NCBI GenBank assembly: GCA_003696445.1
Contig: RFHE01000010.1
Location: forward strand, 1 to 48,549
DNA length: 48,549 nt
Reading direction: 5' to 3'
Origin: Calditrichota bacterium
GTDB taxonomy: Bacteria > Calditrichota > Calditrichia > RBG-13-44-9 > J042
Of this stretch, positions 15,786 through 25,297 are shown piece after piece. Position numbers and translations under genes: made by a program. How positions within the stretch are numbered: position 1 is the stretch's first letter; every line of letters begins with the position of its first letter. The notes beneath the pieces are model-generated. The model was not told the origin of the DNA and did no database searches. It saw nothing but the letters and a program-made list of their open reading frames with translations.

Positions 15786-17633
15786 TTATTCCTCTAACAG
15801 AGATTTCACAAACTCGGTTAATTCAGAGACTTGCAGGGGCAGTCCCCGCACCCGGTTAAAGGGAATAGCATCCACCAGGTATTTATTGCGAATCAGGGAG
15901 GCCAGCTGGCCCAGATTAATTTCAGGGATCACCACTCGACGGAAGCGCTTTAAATAAGTGCCCAACTTTTCGGGGAGAGGATTAATCCAACGCAGATGAT
16001 ACATGGACACCGCATGACCTTCCTTTTGCAGTTGTTCCACCACGGTAAGTACGGTGCCATGTGTGCTCCCCCAACTTACCAGCAACAACTCCCCTTCTTC
16101 CGGGCCTACAATTTCCGGTTCGGCAACAAAATTGCGCACCCGATCTATTTTTTCGGCACGCAAGCGAACCATTTTGTCATGATTTTCCGGATCGTAGGAA
16201 ACGTTTCCGGTCAGGTCTTCTTTTTCCAGTCCACCCAGGCGGTGCTCAAGTCCGGGCGTACCGGGAATGGCCCAATTCCGGGCCAGAGTTACCGGATCCC
16301 GCTGGTAGGGGTAAAACGGGCCATTGGGTTCGGCAAATTTCACCTGAATTGGGGGCAAGTCGTTTGGATCGGGAATACGCCAGGGTTCGGACCCGTTGGC
16401 GAGGAAACCGTCGGAAAGCACTACCACTGGTGTCATGAAACGGAGGGCCACTTGAACGGCCTCGTAGGCGGCATAAAAGCAGTCCGAAGGGCTGCATGCA
16501 GCAACAACGGGCAATGGGGCTTCGCCGTGACGCCCGTACATGGCCATCAGCAAATCGGCCTGCTCGGTTTTGGTGGGCATGCCGGTGCTGGGGCCAGCAC
16601 GCTGGATGTCCAGGATTACCAGCGGCAGTTCCATCATAACGGCCAGTCCTACAAACTCTGTTTTCAGGGACAAACCCGGACCACTGGTTGCCGTGACCCC
16701 GATCTTACCTGCAAATGAAGCCCCCAAAGCACTACCAATAGCCGAAATTTCGTCTTCAGCCTGAAAGGTGATAACTCCAAAATTTTTGTACAGACTGATC
16801 ATGTGCAGCACATCGCTGGCCGGGGTGATGGGATAGCTGGCGTAGTAGAGGGACAGACCGGATTTTTCCCCCGCCGAGATCAATCCCAACACCAGCGCCT
16901 CGTTACCGGTAATGTTCCGATACAGGCCGGGGGGAATTTCCGCCGGCAATACTCGGAAAGCCGAATGAAATAGCTCGGTGGACTCTGCAAAATTTCGTCC
17001 TGCCTTCAAGGCACGGACATTGGCCTCGGCCAGCACGGCATTCCGGGCAAACTTGGCCTGAATCCATTCAATGGTAGGTTCCAGCGGTCGGTCGAACAAC
17101 CAGTACACCACCCCAAGCGCAAAAAAATTCTTGCAACGCTCCTTTTCCTTGTGGGAGAGTTCCACATCCTCCAGGGCTTTTAACGTGTAGGTGGTGATGG
17201 CGATTGGATACACCTGATAGGCACTCAACTCACCGGTTTCCAGGGGGTTTTTCTCGTAGCCGGCCAGTCGCAGATTTTTTTCGGTAAAAGCATCAACATT
17301 CAAAATAATGATGGCGTTGTCCCGAAGATGGCGCAAGTTTGTCTTGAGGGCGGCCGGGTTCATGGCCACCAGGACATCCACTTTGTCGCCCGGGGTATGG
17401 ATGTGTTCCCGCCCAAAGTGAATCTGGAAACTGGACACCCCGTGCAGGGTTCCTGCCGGGGCACGAATTTCAGCAGGGAAGTCGGGTAACGTATTCAGTT
17501 CATTGCGGGCAATGGCAGTGGTTCGGGTAAATTGTTTTCCGGTTAGCTGGATGCCGTCCCCGGAATCGCCGGCAAAGCGCACAATCACGTGCTCCAATTC
17601 TTTCCGGGATCTGGTTTTCGCGTCTTCCATCAT
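15786..17633 (-). CDS. korA: 2-oxoglutarate:ferredoxin oxidoreductase, alpha subunit
   Basis: Carries FAGDSGDGIQLTG, YPITPASD and GPGLSLK. It ends 3 nt from the korB start. The start is trimmed to the ATGATG at 17633. Confidence 0.9.
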   Translation of the reverse strand: MMEDAKTRSRKELEHVIVRFAGDSGDGIQLTGKQFTRTTAIARNELNTLPDFPAEIRAPAGTLHGVSSFQIHFGREHIHTPGDKVDVLVAMNPAALKTNLRHLRDNAIIILNVDAFTEKNLRLAGYEKNPLETGELSAYQVYPIAITTYTLKALEDVELSHKEKERCKNFFALGVVYWLFDRPLEPTIEWIQAKFARNAVLAEANVRALKAGRNFAESTELFHSAFRVLPAEIPPGLYRNITGNEALVLGLISAGEKSGLSLYYASYPITPASDVLHMISLYKNFGVITFQAEDEISAIGSALGASFAGKIGVTATSGPGLSLKTEFVGLAVMMELPLVILDIQRAGPSTGMPTKTEQADLLMAMYGRHGEAPLPVVAACSPSDCFYAAYEAVQVALRFMTPVVVLSDGFLANGSEPWRIPDPNDLPPIQVKFAEPNGPFYPYQRDPVTLARNWAIPGTPGLEHRLGGLEKEDLTGNVSYDPENHDKMVRLRAEKIDRVRNFVAEPEIVGPEEGELLLVSWGSTHGTVLTVVEQLQKEGHAVSMYHLRWINPLPEKLGTYLKRFRRVVIPEINLGQLASLIRNKYLVDAIPFNRVRGLPLQVSELTEFVKSLLEE

Positions 17634-17916
17634 TCGCTCCCGAATGTAATGGTTAAACCAAAAGAGTTGACAATTGCAAGCCGTTCCCAACAGTTAAAAA
17701 AAGTCCGGCAGCCCGGGTTGTTTTGGGGCGAACACGGATCATTTGAACGGACACATAATGGGGTATGCGCAAGGAGGGTAAAAAGTTCGTTTTCCCAGAC
17801 AGCCATCTTGATCTTCCTGATTGCGGTGAACTCCCACAAAGCCACACCAGCAACAATTTAATTGTTGAGAACTTTGAAAACCATTACGTTTTGTGAAAAC
17901 GATTCAGAGGCATCGA

Positions 17917-19206
17917 TCATTCTTCCTGGCCATGCTTTAACTGCAGAACCTCCTGGGTGGTGAGGGAGGAAGGGCGAATGATGGGCAGACGCAAGGCATG
18001 GTAGATGATGTTCTGGGCAAACGTACCCATGGCCTGAGCGCAGGCGAACATCACCGAGTAAAATTCGGTGCGTTCCATGCCGTAATGAAAGAGGGTGATT
18101 CCGGAAATGGCATCGATGTTGGGATAAGGATTGCTAATGTTTTTTAGCTGTTGGAATAGAGGAGGCACTAGCCTTGCCAGTCGGTCCGCCACCTGGAAAA
18201 GGGGATCGTCTGGGAAATGGGCTTGTCCAAAACTATGCAGCGCCTTAAACCGGGGATCAGGAGCGCGCAGCACCGCATGTCCGTAGCCGGGGATGCGTAC
18301 CCCGGCCTTAATCAGTTCGGTCACATGTTCCTTCAGCAAAGCCTCGGAAGGCATGCCGCGGAATTCCTGCAAAATTTTTTGAACAAACTGAACGGAAAGT
18401 TGGGTGGCCTGGCCATGCAGGTGGCCAGCCAGCCCTCCCATGGATGCAGCGATGGAAAAAAACAAATCCGAATGGGCCGAACCGGCCAGACGGGCGCAGT
18501 GCTGGGCGACATTGCCGCCATCGTGGTCCGAGTGCACAATGTAAAAAATACGCAACAGATCGGCCAGGGACTCATCGGCTCGGGGCAATCCAAGCATCCG
18601 GGCGAAATTTTCCACTATCCCCAGCTCGGGGTCGGGTTCGATGGGTTGGTCGTGCAAAAAATGAATCCGATAAATGCCGGCGGCCAGAACCGGCATCCAG
18701 GCCAGCAGGGTAAGGGCATCCTCCACACACAGTTCCCACAGCCGGTCCGTCTTTGCCGCTACATCGTGCTGATAATAAAATTGAGAGCTCCCTTGCAGAC
18801 TTAACACCGCTGCACTGAGCATGGCCAGCGGATGCATGCCTCTGGGAAAACCGCGGACCATATCCCAGATCCACTCTGGGACACTGTAACGGGTTTTCAA
18901 TTGGGTGTGCAAATCCTGCAGCTGGGTCTCGCTGGGAAATTGGCCGGTGACGAGTAGAAAAAACACCTCCTCGGCACTGCGATCCACAAGGTCCAATACC
19001 GGTATCCCTCGAATGAGCAACCCTTGTTGGGGGTCCACACTAGAAGTATCGCAAAGGATGGCACGAAGCCCCCGTAGGCCCCGGTAAAGGTGCAGTACTT
19101 TTACCTGATCCACCGGCTGGCCGGACTGCTCCTCCAGAATGAGTTTCATTTGTTCGCGCCAAAGGGGAATCTGGCCAGAGAGGTGCTGTTTGAGCAAATT
19201 TTTCAT
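17917..19206 (-). CDS. Citrate synthase, divergent eukaryote-like (type I long) form
   Basis: Catalytic contexts HSDHDGGN, PGYGHAVLR and NIDAISG are present. The citrate-binding loop reads GHLHGQATQ instead of the usual GPLHGxAN. Confidence 0.8.
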   Translation of the reverse strand: MKNLLKQHLSGQIPLWREQMKLILEEQSGQPVDQVKVLHLYRGLRGLRAILCDTSSVDPQQGLLIRGIPVLDLVDRSAEEVFFLLVTGQFPSETQLQDLHTQLKTRYSVPEWIWDMVRGFPRGMHPLAMLSAAVLSLQGSSQFYYQHDVAAKTDRLWELCVEDALTLLAWMPVLAAGIYRIHFLHDQPIEPDPELGIVENFARMLGLPRADESLADLLRIFYIVHSDHDGGNVAQHCARLAGSAHSDLFFSIAASMGGLAGHLHGQATQLSVQFVQKILQEFRGMPSEALLKEHVTELIKAGVRIPGYGHAVLRAPDPRFKALHSFGQAHFPDDPLFQVADRLARLVPPLFQQLKNISNPYPNIDAISGITLFHYGMERTEFYSVMFACAQAMGTFAQNIIYHALRLPIIRPSSLTTQEVLQLKHGQEE

Positions 19207-19741
19207 GAGCCTCTTAATTTTTATTTAAAAATTGGCTAAAAAACACTTGCATTCGAAAAATTATTGGCTATTTTCTTCCCATCCTAAAGCAGGAAACAAT
19301 CGGAAAACCGGCTCACAACAAATAAATGACCAGCTTGAGAATTTATTGTATTTGTTTTTACACTAAAACCCATAAATTGATTTGTAGATTCAAATAGAAA
19401 TTGTAAAGGAGGTGGCCACAGAGTTCGGACATTAAGCAAGCATATTGATTGCTCTTTGCCGGAGAAAAGATTTTACAATATCGAGTAAGAGATTTCTAAA
19501 TATTTCTTCCAGGGCTGTCGAGATTAAAAAACAATTCCGAGGCGATCGGGAAGAGATCAAAAGCAAGGAAGCGTGCGCATGGATGCCGAAAAGAGAACAC
19601 AGTGGCCCTCGGGAAGAGGAACTTTTTGGGACAGCCCCTCGTTTGTGAAAACAGGCTCACGGATTATATGGCGCGGAACCGATTACGGGAAATTTGTTCC
19701 TGCTCGCACTAACGCTGCATTCTCTCCTTCCCTCTTATTTC

Positions 19742-19769
19742 CTGACAAATCTTGCTGTTTCGGTATAAT
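19742..19769 (+). promoter_or_regulatory. Sigma70-like promoter for the prkA operon
   Basis: cTGACA (19742-19747), a 16-nt spacer, then TATAAT (19764-19769). It sits about 50 nt upstream of the prkA ATG, which is preceded by GGAGG. Confidence 0.55.
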
Positions 19770-19817
19770 GCTTGCAAGCAAACAGGTGTAGTTTAATATA
19801 ACTGGAGGTATCACATC

Positions 19818-21878
19818 ATGGCACAGTCCACCAATCTGCTGGATCAGATTCAGGAGAAGTATTTCGATCAGGAATTCCGTGCCATTAGCTGGTCGGGGTC
19901 GTTTGCGGATTATCTGGCCATCGTCCAGAAGAATCCCAAGGTGTTGCGGACCAGTTTTCAACGCCTCTACGACATGATCCTTTCCTTCGGTACCGAAGAA
20001 TACGAGGACAGTCGTAAAAAGATGATCCACTACAAGTTTTTTGACGATCCCATTGAAAATGGCAAGGATGCCGTCTTTGGTCTGGACGCTTACCTAATGA
20101 AGTTAATGAACGTGATTAAAGCGGCCGCCCATCGGTATGGCACCGAGCGCCGGGTTATCCTATTGCACGGGCCTGTAGGAAGCTCCAAAAGCACCATCGT
20201 GCGGTTGATGAAAAAGGGCCTCGAATATTACTCCCGAACCGAGGACGGTGCGCTCTATTCCTTTGAATGGATTAACGTTCCCAAGAATTTTCAGGAATTG
20301 GATTCCTCCCCACGGGAAAATATTCCCTGCCCGATGCACGAAGAGCCCTTGCATCTGGTTCCCAAGGAGGTTCGAGGAAATTTTCTTAAAGATCTCATTG
20401 GCGACAAAGCCAAGGAGTATTTGATTGAGGGCGATCTATGCCCCAGTTGCCGGCAAATTTACCGGGAGCTGGCTCGGGTGTACAATGGGGACTGGCACAA
20501 GGTACTGGAACATGTTCGGGTTCGGCGCATCGTGCTCTCGGAAAAGGACCGGGTGGGCATTGGTACCTTTCAGCCTAAGGATGAAAAAAACCAGGATTCC
20601 ACCGAACTGACTGGGGACATCAACTACCGCAAGATCGCCGAATACGGCAGCGACTCGGACCCCCGCGCCTTCAACTTCGACGGCGAATTTAACATCGCCA
20701 ATCGGGGCATTATCGAGTTCATCGAGGTCTTGAAACTGGATGTGGCCTTCCTCTACGATCTGTTAGGCGCCAGCCAGGAACACAAAATTAAGCCCAAAAA
20801 GTTCCCCCAGACCGACATCGATGAAGTAATCATCGGCCATACCAACGAACCGGAGTACAAGAAGCTCCAGAACAACGAATTCATGGAAGCGCTGCGCGAC
20901 CGTACGGTAAAGATCGACATTCCCTACATTACCAAGTGGAGCGAAGAGATTAAGATTTACAAAAAAGATTACAACGCAAACAAAATTCGGGGGAAACACA
21001 TCGCGCCTCACACCATCGAAATGGCTGCCATGTGGGCCGTGCTGACCCGCCTGGAGGAACCGAAAAAGGCCAATTTGACCCTGGTGCAAAAGCTGAAGCT
21101 CTACGATGGTAAGCTCATTCCTGGCTTTACCGAGGACAATGTGCGCGAGCTGCGCAAGGAAGCCCAGCGAGAAGGTCTGGAGGGCATTTCCCCGCGCTAT
21201 GTCCAGGACAAAATCAGCAACGCTCTGGTGAAGGACAGCGATGAGCCCTGTGTGAATCCCTTCATGGTGCTCAACGAACTGGAAAGCGGCCTGGACCATC
21301 ACAGCCTGATCAGCAACGAGGAGCAAAAAAAGCGTTATCGGGAACTGCTCAGCCTGGTAAAGAAAGAATACACCGAAGTCGTCAAAAACGAGGTCCAGCG
21401 AGCCATCAGTGCTGATGAAGATGCCATTAAACGCCTGTTCGCCAACTACATCGACAACGTGAAAGCTTACGTCCAGAAGGAAAAGGTGAAGAACAAATAC
21501 ACCGGCGAGGACGAAGAGCCCAACGAAAAACTGATGCGCTCCATTGAGGAGAAGATTGACATTCCCGAAAGCCGCAAAGACGACTTCCGGCGGGAGATCA
21601 TGAACTACATCGGTGCCCTGGCCTTGGAAGGCAAGAAATTCGAGTGGAACAGCAACGAGCGACTGGCCAAGGCACTGGAACTGAAACTGTTTGAGGATCA
21701 GAAGGACAGCATCAAACTCTCTACACTGGTCTCTTCGGTGGTGGACAAGGAAACCCAGGAAAAAATTGATGTGGTCAAGAGCCGGTTGATCAAAAACCAC
21801 GGATATTGCGAAGTGTGTGCCACCGACGTACTGAACTACGTGGCCAGCATTTTCGCCCGGGGCGATATTCAGGATTAA
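19818..21878 (+). CDS. prkA: PrkA/YeaG-family AAA+ serine protein kinase
   Basis: 686 aa with Walker [13 protein letters not shown] and the conserved [10 protein letters not shown] and PrkA C-terminal blocks. Confidence 0.92.
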   Translation: MAQSTNLLDQIQEKYFDQEFRAISWSGSFADYLAIVQKNPKVLRTSFQRLYDMILSFGTEEYEDSRKKMIHYKFFDDPIENGKDAVFGLDAYLMKLMNVIKAAAHRYGTERRVILLHGPVGSSKSTIVRLMKKGLEYYSRTEDGALYSFEWINVPKNFQELDSSPRENIPCPMHEEPLHLVPKEVRGNFLKDLIGDKAKEYLIEGDLCPSCRQIYRELARVYNGDWHKVLEHVRVRRIVLSEKDRVGIGTFQPKDEKNQDSTELTGDINYRKIAEYGSDSDPRAFNFDGEFNIANRGIIEFIEVLKLDVAFLYDLLGASQEHKIKPKKFPQTDIDEVIIGHTNEPEYKKLQNNEFMEALRDRTVKIDIPYITKWSEEIKIYKKDYNANKIRGKHIAPHTIEMAAMWAVLTRLEEPKKANLTLVQKLKLYDGKLIPGFTEDNVRELRKEAQREGLEGISPRYVQDKISNALVKDSDEPCVNPFMVLNELESGLDHHSLISNEEQKKRYRELLSLVKKEYTEVVKNEVQRAISADEDAIKRLFANYIDNVKAYVQKEKVKNKYTGEDEEPNEKLMRSIEEKIDIPESRKDDFRREIMNYIGALALEGKKFEWNSNERLAKALELKLFEDQKDSIKLSTLVSSVVDKETQEKIDVVKSRLIKNHGYCEVCATDVLNYVASIFARGDIQD

Positions 21879-21913
21879 TCAGTGCACCACAGACCAATGG
21901 GAACGAGGCTGCC

Positions 21914-23026
21914 ATGAGCATGATCCTCAACATGGAGAACGATTACCAGCGCTTCCAGAAGATCATTAAGGGGAAGATCAAGGAGAACCTGCGCAAGTAC
22001 ATCTCCAATGGCGAAATGATCGGTCGGAAGGGCAAGGACTTGGTCAGCATCCCCCTGCCCCAGGTAGATATCCCCAAATTCCGGTTCGGCAATAACGGTC
22101 AGGGGGGTGTAGGACAAGGCGAAGGCGAGCCCGGCACCCCCCTGGGGCCCGGCGAAGGCGAAGAAGGTGCCGGACAGGCCGGGAACGAACCCGGACAGCA
22201 TATTCGAGAAGTGGAGCTGACGCTGGAAGAGCTGGCCGAAATTCTGGGCGAAGAACTGGAGTTGCCCAACATTGAGCCGAAAGGCAAAAAAGAAATTGTG
22301 GCCACCAAGGATCGCTATTCAGGCATCAGCCGGGTCGGTCCGGAGTCCCTACGGCATTTTAAGCGCACCTTCCGCGAGGCGCTCAAGCGGCAAGTCATCT
22401 CCGGCCAGTTCGACATCGACAAACCCAAAATCGTGCCCATTCGGGATGACTTCCGTTACCGCTCCTGGAAAACCATCACCCATCCGGAAAGTAACGCGGT
22501 CATCATCTATATGATGGATGTCAGCGGCTCCATGTGGGATGAACAAAAAGAAATCGTCCGCCTGGAGACGTTCTGGATCGATACCTGGCTGCGCTACCAG
22601 TACAAGGGCCTAGTGACCCGCTACATTATTCACGATGCTCAGGCACAGGAAGTGGATCGCGAAACCTTTTTCACGGTGCGCGAAAACGGGGGCACGGTGA
22701 TCTCATCGGCCTATGAACTGTGCAATCAAATTATCGAAAGCGACTATTCGCCGGAGGAATGGAACATCTACGCCTTCCACTTTTCCGACGGCGATAACTG
22801 GTCCCGAGAAGACAACAAGCACTGTGCGGAACTACTTCAATCGGAAATTTTGCCCAAAGTCAATCTGTTCGGCTACGGCCAGGTGGACAGCACCTACGGC
22901 AGCGGCGAATTCATCGATTTTCTGGACGAACATCTGGGCGATCAGGAAAATCTGATCCTCTCTTACATTCCCGATAAGGATGCCATCTACGATTCCATCA
23001 AAGACTTTCTTGGAAAGGGGAAGTGA
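21914..23026 (+). CDS. yeaH: YeaH/YhbH family protein (DUF444, VWA-like)
   Basis: Carries [22 protein letters not shown], a Gly/Glu-rich linker and the MIDAS-like MMDVSGSM. The start is trimmed to the ATG at 21914, downstream of the prkA stop. Confidence 0.88.
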   Translation: MSMILNMENDYQRFQKIIKGKIKENLRKYISNGEMIGRKGKDLVSIPLPQVDIPKFRFGNNGQGGVGQGEGEPGTPLGPGEGEEGAGQAGNEPGQHIREVELTLEELAEILGEELELPNIEPKGKKEIVATKDRYSGISRVGPESLRHFKRTFREALKRQVISGQFDIDKPKIVPIRDDFRYRSWKTITHPESNAVIIYMMDVSGSMWDEQKEIVRLETFWIDTWLRYQYKGLVTRYIIHDAQAQEVDRETFFTVRENGGTVISSAYELCNQIIESDYSPEEWNIYAFHFSDGDNWSREDNKHCAELLQSEILPKVNLFGYGQVDSTYGSGEFIDFLDEHLGDQENLILSYIPDKDAIYDSIKDFLGKGK

Positions 23027-24513
23027 TGGTGGTAACACAGGAAGACATTCTGGCAATTCAACCCGAGATCGAAGAATATGCCCGGGAGTATGGCCTGGAT
23101 TTTTTCCCGGTCATATTCGAGCTGGTCGATTACGACACCATGAACCGCCTGGCCGCATATGGTGGTTTCCCAGTGCGCTATCCACACTGGCGCTTCGGGA
23201 TGGAATACGATCAGCTTTCCAAGGGCTACCGTTACGGCCTGCAAAAGATTTACGAAATGGTCATTAACACCAATCCCTGTTACGCCTACCTGCAGGAAGC
23301 CAACGGCCTGGTGGATCAGAAGTTAGTGATGGCCCACGTGTACGCCCATTGCGACTTCTTTAAAAACAACTTTTACTTTTCCCATACCAACCGCAAAATG
23401 ATCGATGAAATGGCCAACCATGCAGCGCGAATTCGCCGGTACATGGATCTGTATGGGGTGGACACCGTAGAAAATTTCATTGATACCTGCCTATCGCTGG
23501 AGAATTTAATCGACTACCATTCCCCCTACATCAAGCGGCGCAGCAATCAGAACGGCAAGCCTCAACCGGCATCCCAGCGCCCGGTGGTGAAAAAACTGCG
23601 TAGCAAAAAGTACATGGAAAAGTACATCAATCCCCCGGAATTCATCGAAATGCAGATTAAAGAATACGAAAAGAAAATGAAAACCCAAAAAAAGTACCCT
23701 CCCAGTCCGGAAAGGGACGTTTTGCTGTTTTTGATGGAAAATGCCCCGCTGGAAAACTGGCAATATGATGTGCTGGGCATTATCCGGGAGGAAGCTTACT
23801 ATTTTGCCCCCCAGGCCATGACCAAAATTATGAACGAGGGGTGGGCCACCTACTGGCATTCCACCATCATGACCGAAAAAGCCCTGCATCCCAGTGAAGT
23901 GATTGACTACGCCGAGCATCATTCCGGGACGGTGGCCAACCATCCCGGACGGTTGAACCCTTACCGCATCGGCGTGATGCTTTTTAAAGACATCGAAGAT
24001 CGCTGGAACAAAGGAAAATTTGGCAAGGACTACGAGGAGTGCGACGATCTTCGGGAAAAGAAAAACTGGGACAAAAAGCTGGGTTTGGGGCGGCAAAAAA
24101 TATTTGAAGTCCGCAAGCTGTACAACGATGTCACCTTTATCGACACCTTTTTAACCGAAGATTTCTGCAGGGAACATAAATTGTTCTCTTTTGCATATAA
24201 TAGGGAAACTAAGCGTTACGAAATTGAAAGCCGTGAATTTAAAAAGATTAAACAGCGGCTGCTGCAAAGCTTGACCAATTTGGGTCAACCGGTTATATTG
24301 GTCATGGACGCCAATTACGGAAATCGTGGCGAGCTCTACTTAAAGCACCAGTTCGAATCCGTTGAGTTGGATCTGGGTTACGCCACAGACACTTTACAAA
24401 ACCTGTTCACGATCTGGAAGCGTCCTGTTCACATTGAAACGGTTCTTGAGGAAAAGGGAACCATTTTAACGTTTGACGGGCAGGATTTTAAAAAGCAGAC
24501 CATCGAGGACTGA
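23023..24513 (+). CDS. spoVR: SpoVR/YcgB family protein
   Basis: Carries [10 protein letters not shown] and [12 protein letters not shown]. It shares a 4-nt ATGA start/stop overlap with yeaH. Confidence 0.9.
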   Translation: MMVVTQEDILAIQPEIEEYAREYGLDFFPVIFELVDYDTMNRLAAYGGFPVRYPHWRFGMEYDQLSKGYRYGLQKIYEMVINTNPCYAYLQEANGLVDQKLVMAHVYAHCDFFKNNFYFSHTNRKMIDEMANHAARIRRYMDLYGVDTVENFIDTCLSLENLIDYHSPYIKRRSNQNGKPQPASQRPVVKKLRSKKYMEKYINPPEFIEMQIKEYEKKMKTQKKYPPSPERDVLLFLMENAPLENWQYDVLGIIREEAYYFAPQAMTKIMNEGWATYWHSTIMTEKALHPSEVIDYAEHHSGTVANHPGRLNPYRIGVMLFKDIEDRWNKGKFGKDYEECDDLREKKNWDKKLGLGRQKIFEVRKLYNDVTFIDTFLTEDFCREHKLFSFAYNRETKRYEIESREFKKIKQRLLQSLTNLGQPVILVMDANYGNRGELYLKHQFESVELDLGYATDTLQNLFTIWKRPVHIETVLEEKGTILTFDGQDFKKQTIED

Positions 24514-24538
24514 GGTTTTAATCCAGGAGGGGAAAGAC

Positions 24539-25048
24539 ATGTCTGCAGGAAAGATTTTGCTGGAGAAAATGCAACAGGAGAAGTCGCGCCTGGTTGAAGC
24601 AACTCAGAAAGACAAGTTCAAGTTCGTACAACACCAGGAAGACGACTTAAACTTTCAGGTCAAATTTAAGGATGTGGATCGCTACGGCATTGTCCTGGAC
24701 TATATTGCCGTTAGCCGGGGAGAACCCATTCTGGACGTGGATGAGATTAATCGGCGCTTAAGCCAGCAAGCCGAGAAGGTGCAGAAGCAGATTACTTATT
24801 TGCTGGAAGACTTTCGGCTGATCGAGTTGGATCGGATGAACAAGCGGGCCCAGTTGCGAAGCTATCCGCCCTACGAAAAAGAAAACTCCAAATTCTTTTA
24901 CGAAATTGTGCTGGACGAAGGCACCCGCATCCATTTCCAGCGCTACCAGTATTCCAGGGAGCACAAACGCTACGAGAAAATCACCTCGCAACTAACCCTG
25001 GAAATTTTTGAAAGGCTGGTGGACGATCTTGCCTCTATTTTGAAATGA
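24539..25048 (+). CDS. Hypothetical protein (169 aa), fourth gene of the prkA-yeaH-spoVR operon
   Basis: An AGGAGGGG box lies 7 nt upstream of the ATG at 24539, which is 25 nt after the spoVR stop. The protein is charged and coiled-coil-like, and I recognise no motif. Confidence 0.6.
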   Translation: MSAGKILLEKMQQEKSRLVEATQKDKFKFVQHQEDDLNFQVKFKDVDRYGIVLDYIAVSRGEPILDVDEINRRLSQQAEKVQKQITYLLEDFRLIELDRMNKRAQLRSYPPYEKENSKFFYEIVLDEGTRIHFQRYQYSREHKRYEKITSQLTLEIFERLVDDLASILK

Positions 25049-25056
25049 AATTTTCC

Positions 25057-25085
25057 TTGAACACCCTTGCTGCGCCTATTAATTT
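25057..25085 (+). promoter_or_regulatory. Possible sigma70-like promoter for tRNA-Gln
   Basis: TTGAAC (25057-25062), a 17-nt spacer, then TAATTT (25080-25085), ending 13 nt before the tRNA 5' end. Confidence 0.4.
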
Positions 25086-25098
25086 TAGGCCTTTCAAC

Positions 25099-25169
25099 TG
25101 CGGGATCGTCTAATGGTAGGACGCCAGGTTCTGGCCCTGGTAGTCGGGGTTCGAGTCCCTGTCCCGCAG
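25099..25169 (+). tRNA. tRNA-Gln (anticodon CTG), no encoded CCA
   Basis: Cloverleaf folded by hand. Acceptor stem is TGCGGGA/TCCCGCA. Anticodon stem is CCAGG/CCTGG with loop TTCTGGC, placing the anticodon CTG at 25131-25133. The T arm is CGGGG-TTCGAGT-CCCTG. Confidence 0.85.
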
Positions 25170-25172
25170 CAC

Positions 25173-25207
25173 AAAAGCCACCCAATTAGGGTGGCTTTTT
25201 GCATTTT
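25173..25207 (+). terminator. Rho-independent terminator after tRNA-Gln
   Basis: AAAAGCCACCC-AATTA-GGGTGGCTTTT hairpin followed by TGCATTTT. Confidence 0.8.
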
Positions 25208-25297
25208 GCCCTATCAGTTTGCCCTGCCTGTTGCACATTACCTTCTTCGGCCATAGTTAGGTTTGGGATTTATTTTACCGCCGCCGTTAAATTCCCC

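Noticed and set aside
19445-19648. 67-aa ORF inside the long prkA upstream region
   Set aside because: It has a non-ATG (TTG) start, no Shine-Dalgarno box, an Arg/Lys/Glu-rich random-looking sequence and no motif. I treat it as non-coding until there is expression evidence.
20763-21800. 345-aa minus-strand ORF opposite prkA
   Set aside because: Its Phe/Leu/Val-rich composition is the mirror image of the Lys/Glu-rich prkA C-terminal region. It has no start context.
25049-25297. tRNA-Gln as an integration hotspot or genomic-island boundary
   Set aside because: There is no integrase, no direct repeat of the tRNA 3' end and no obvious accessory cargo on either side. The flanking genes are conserved cellular functions.
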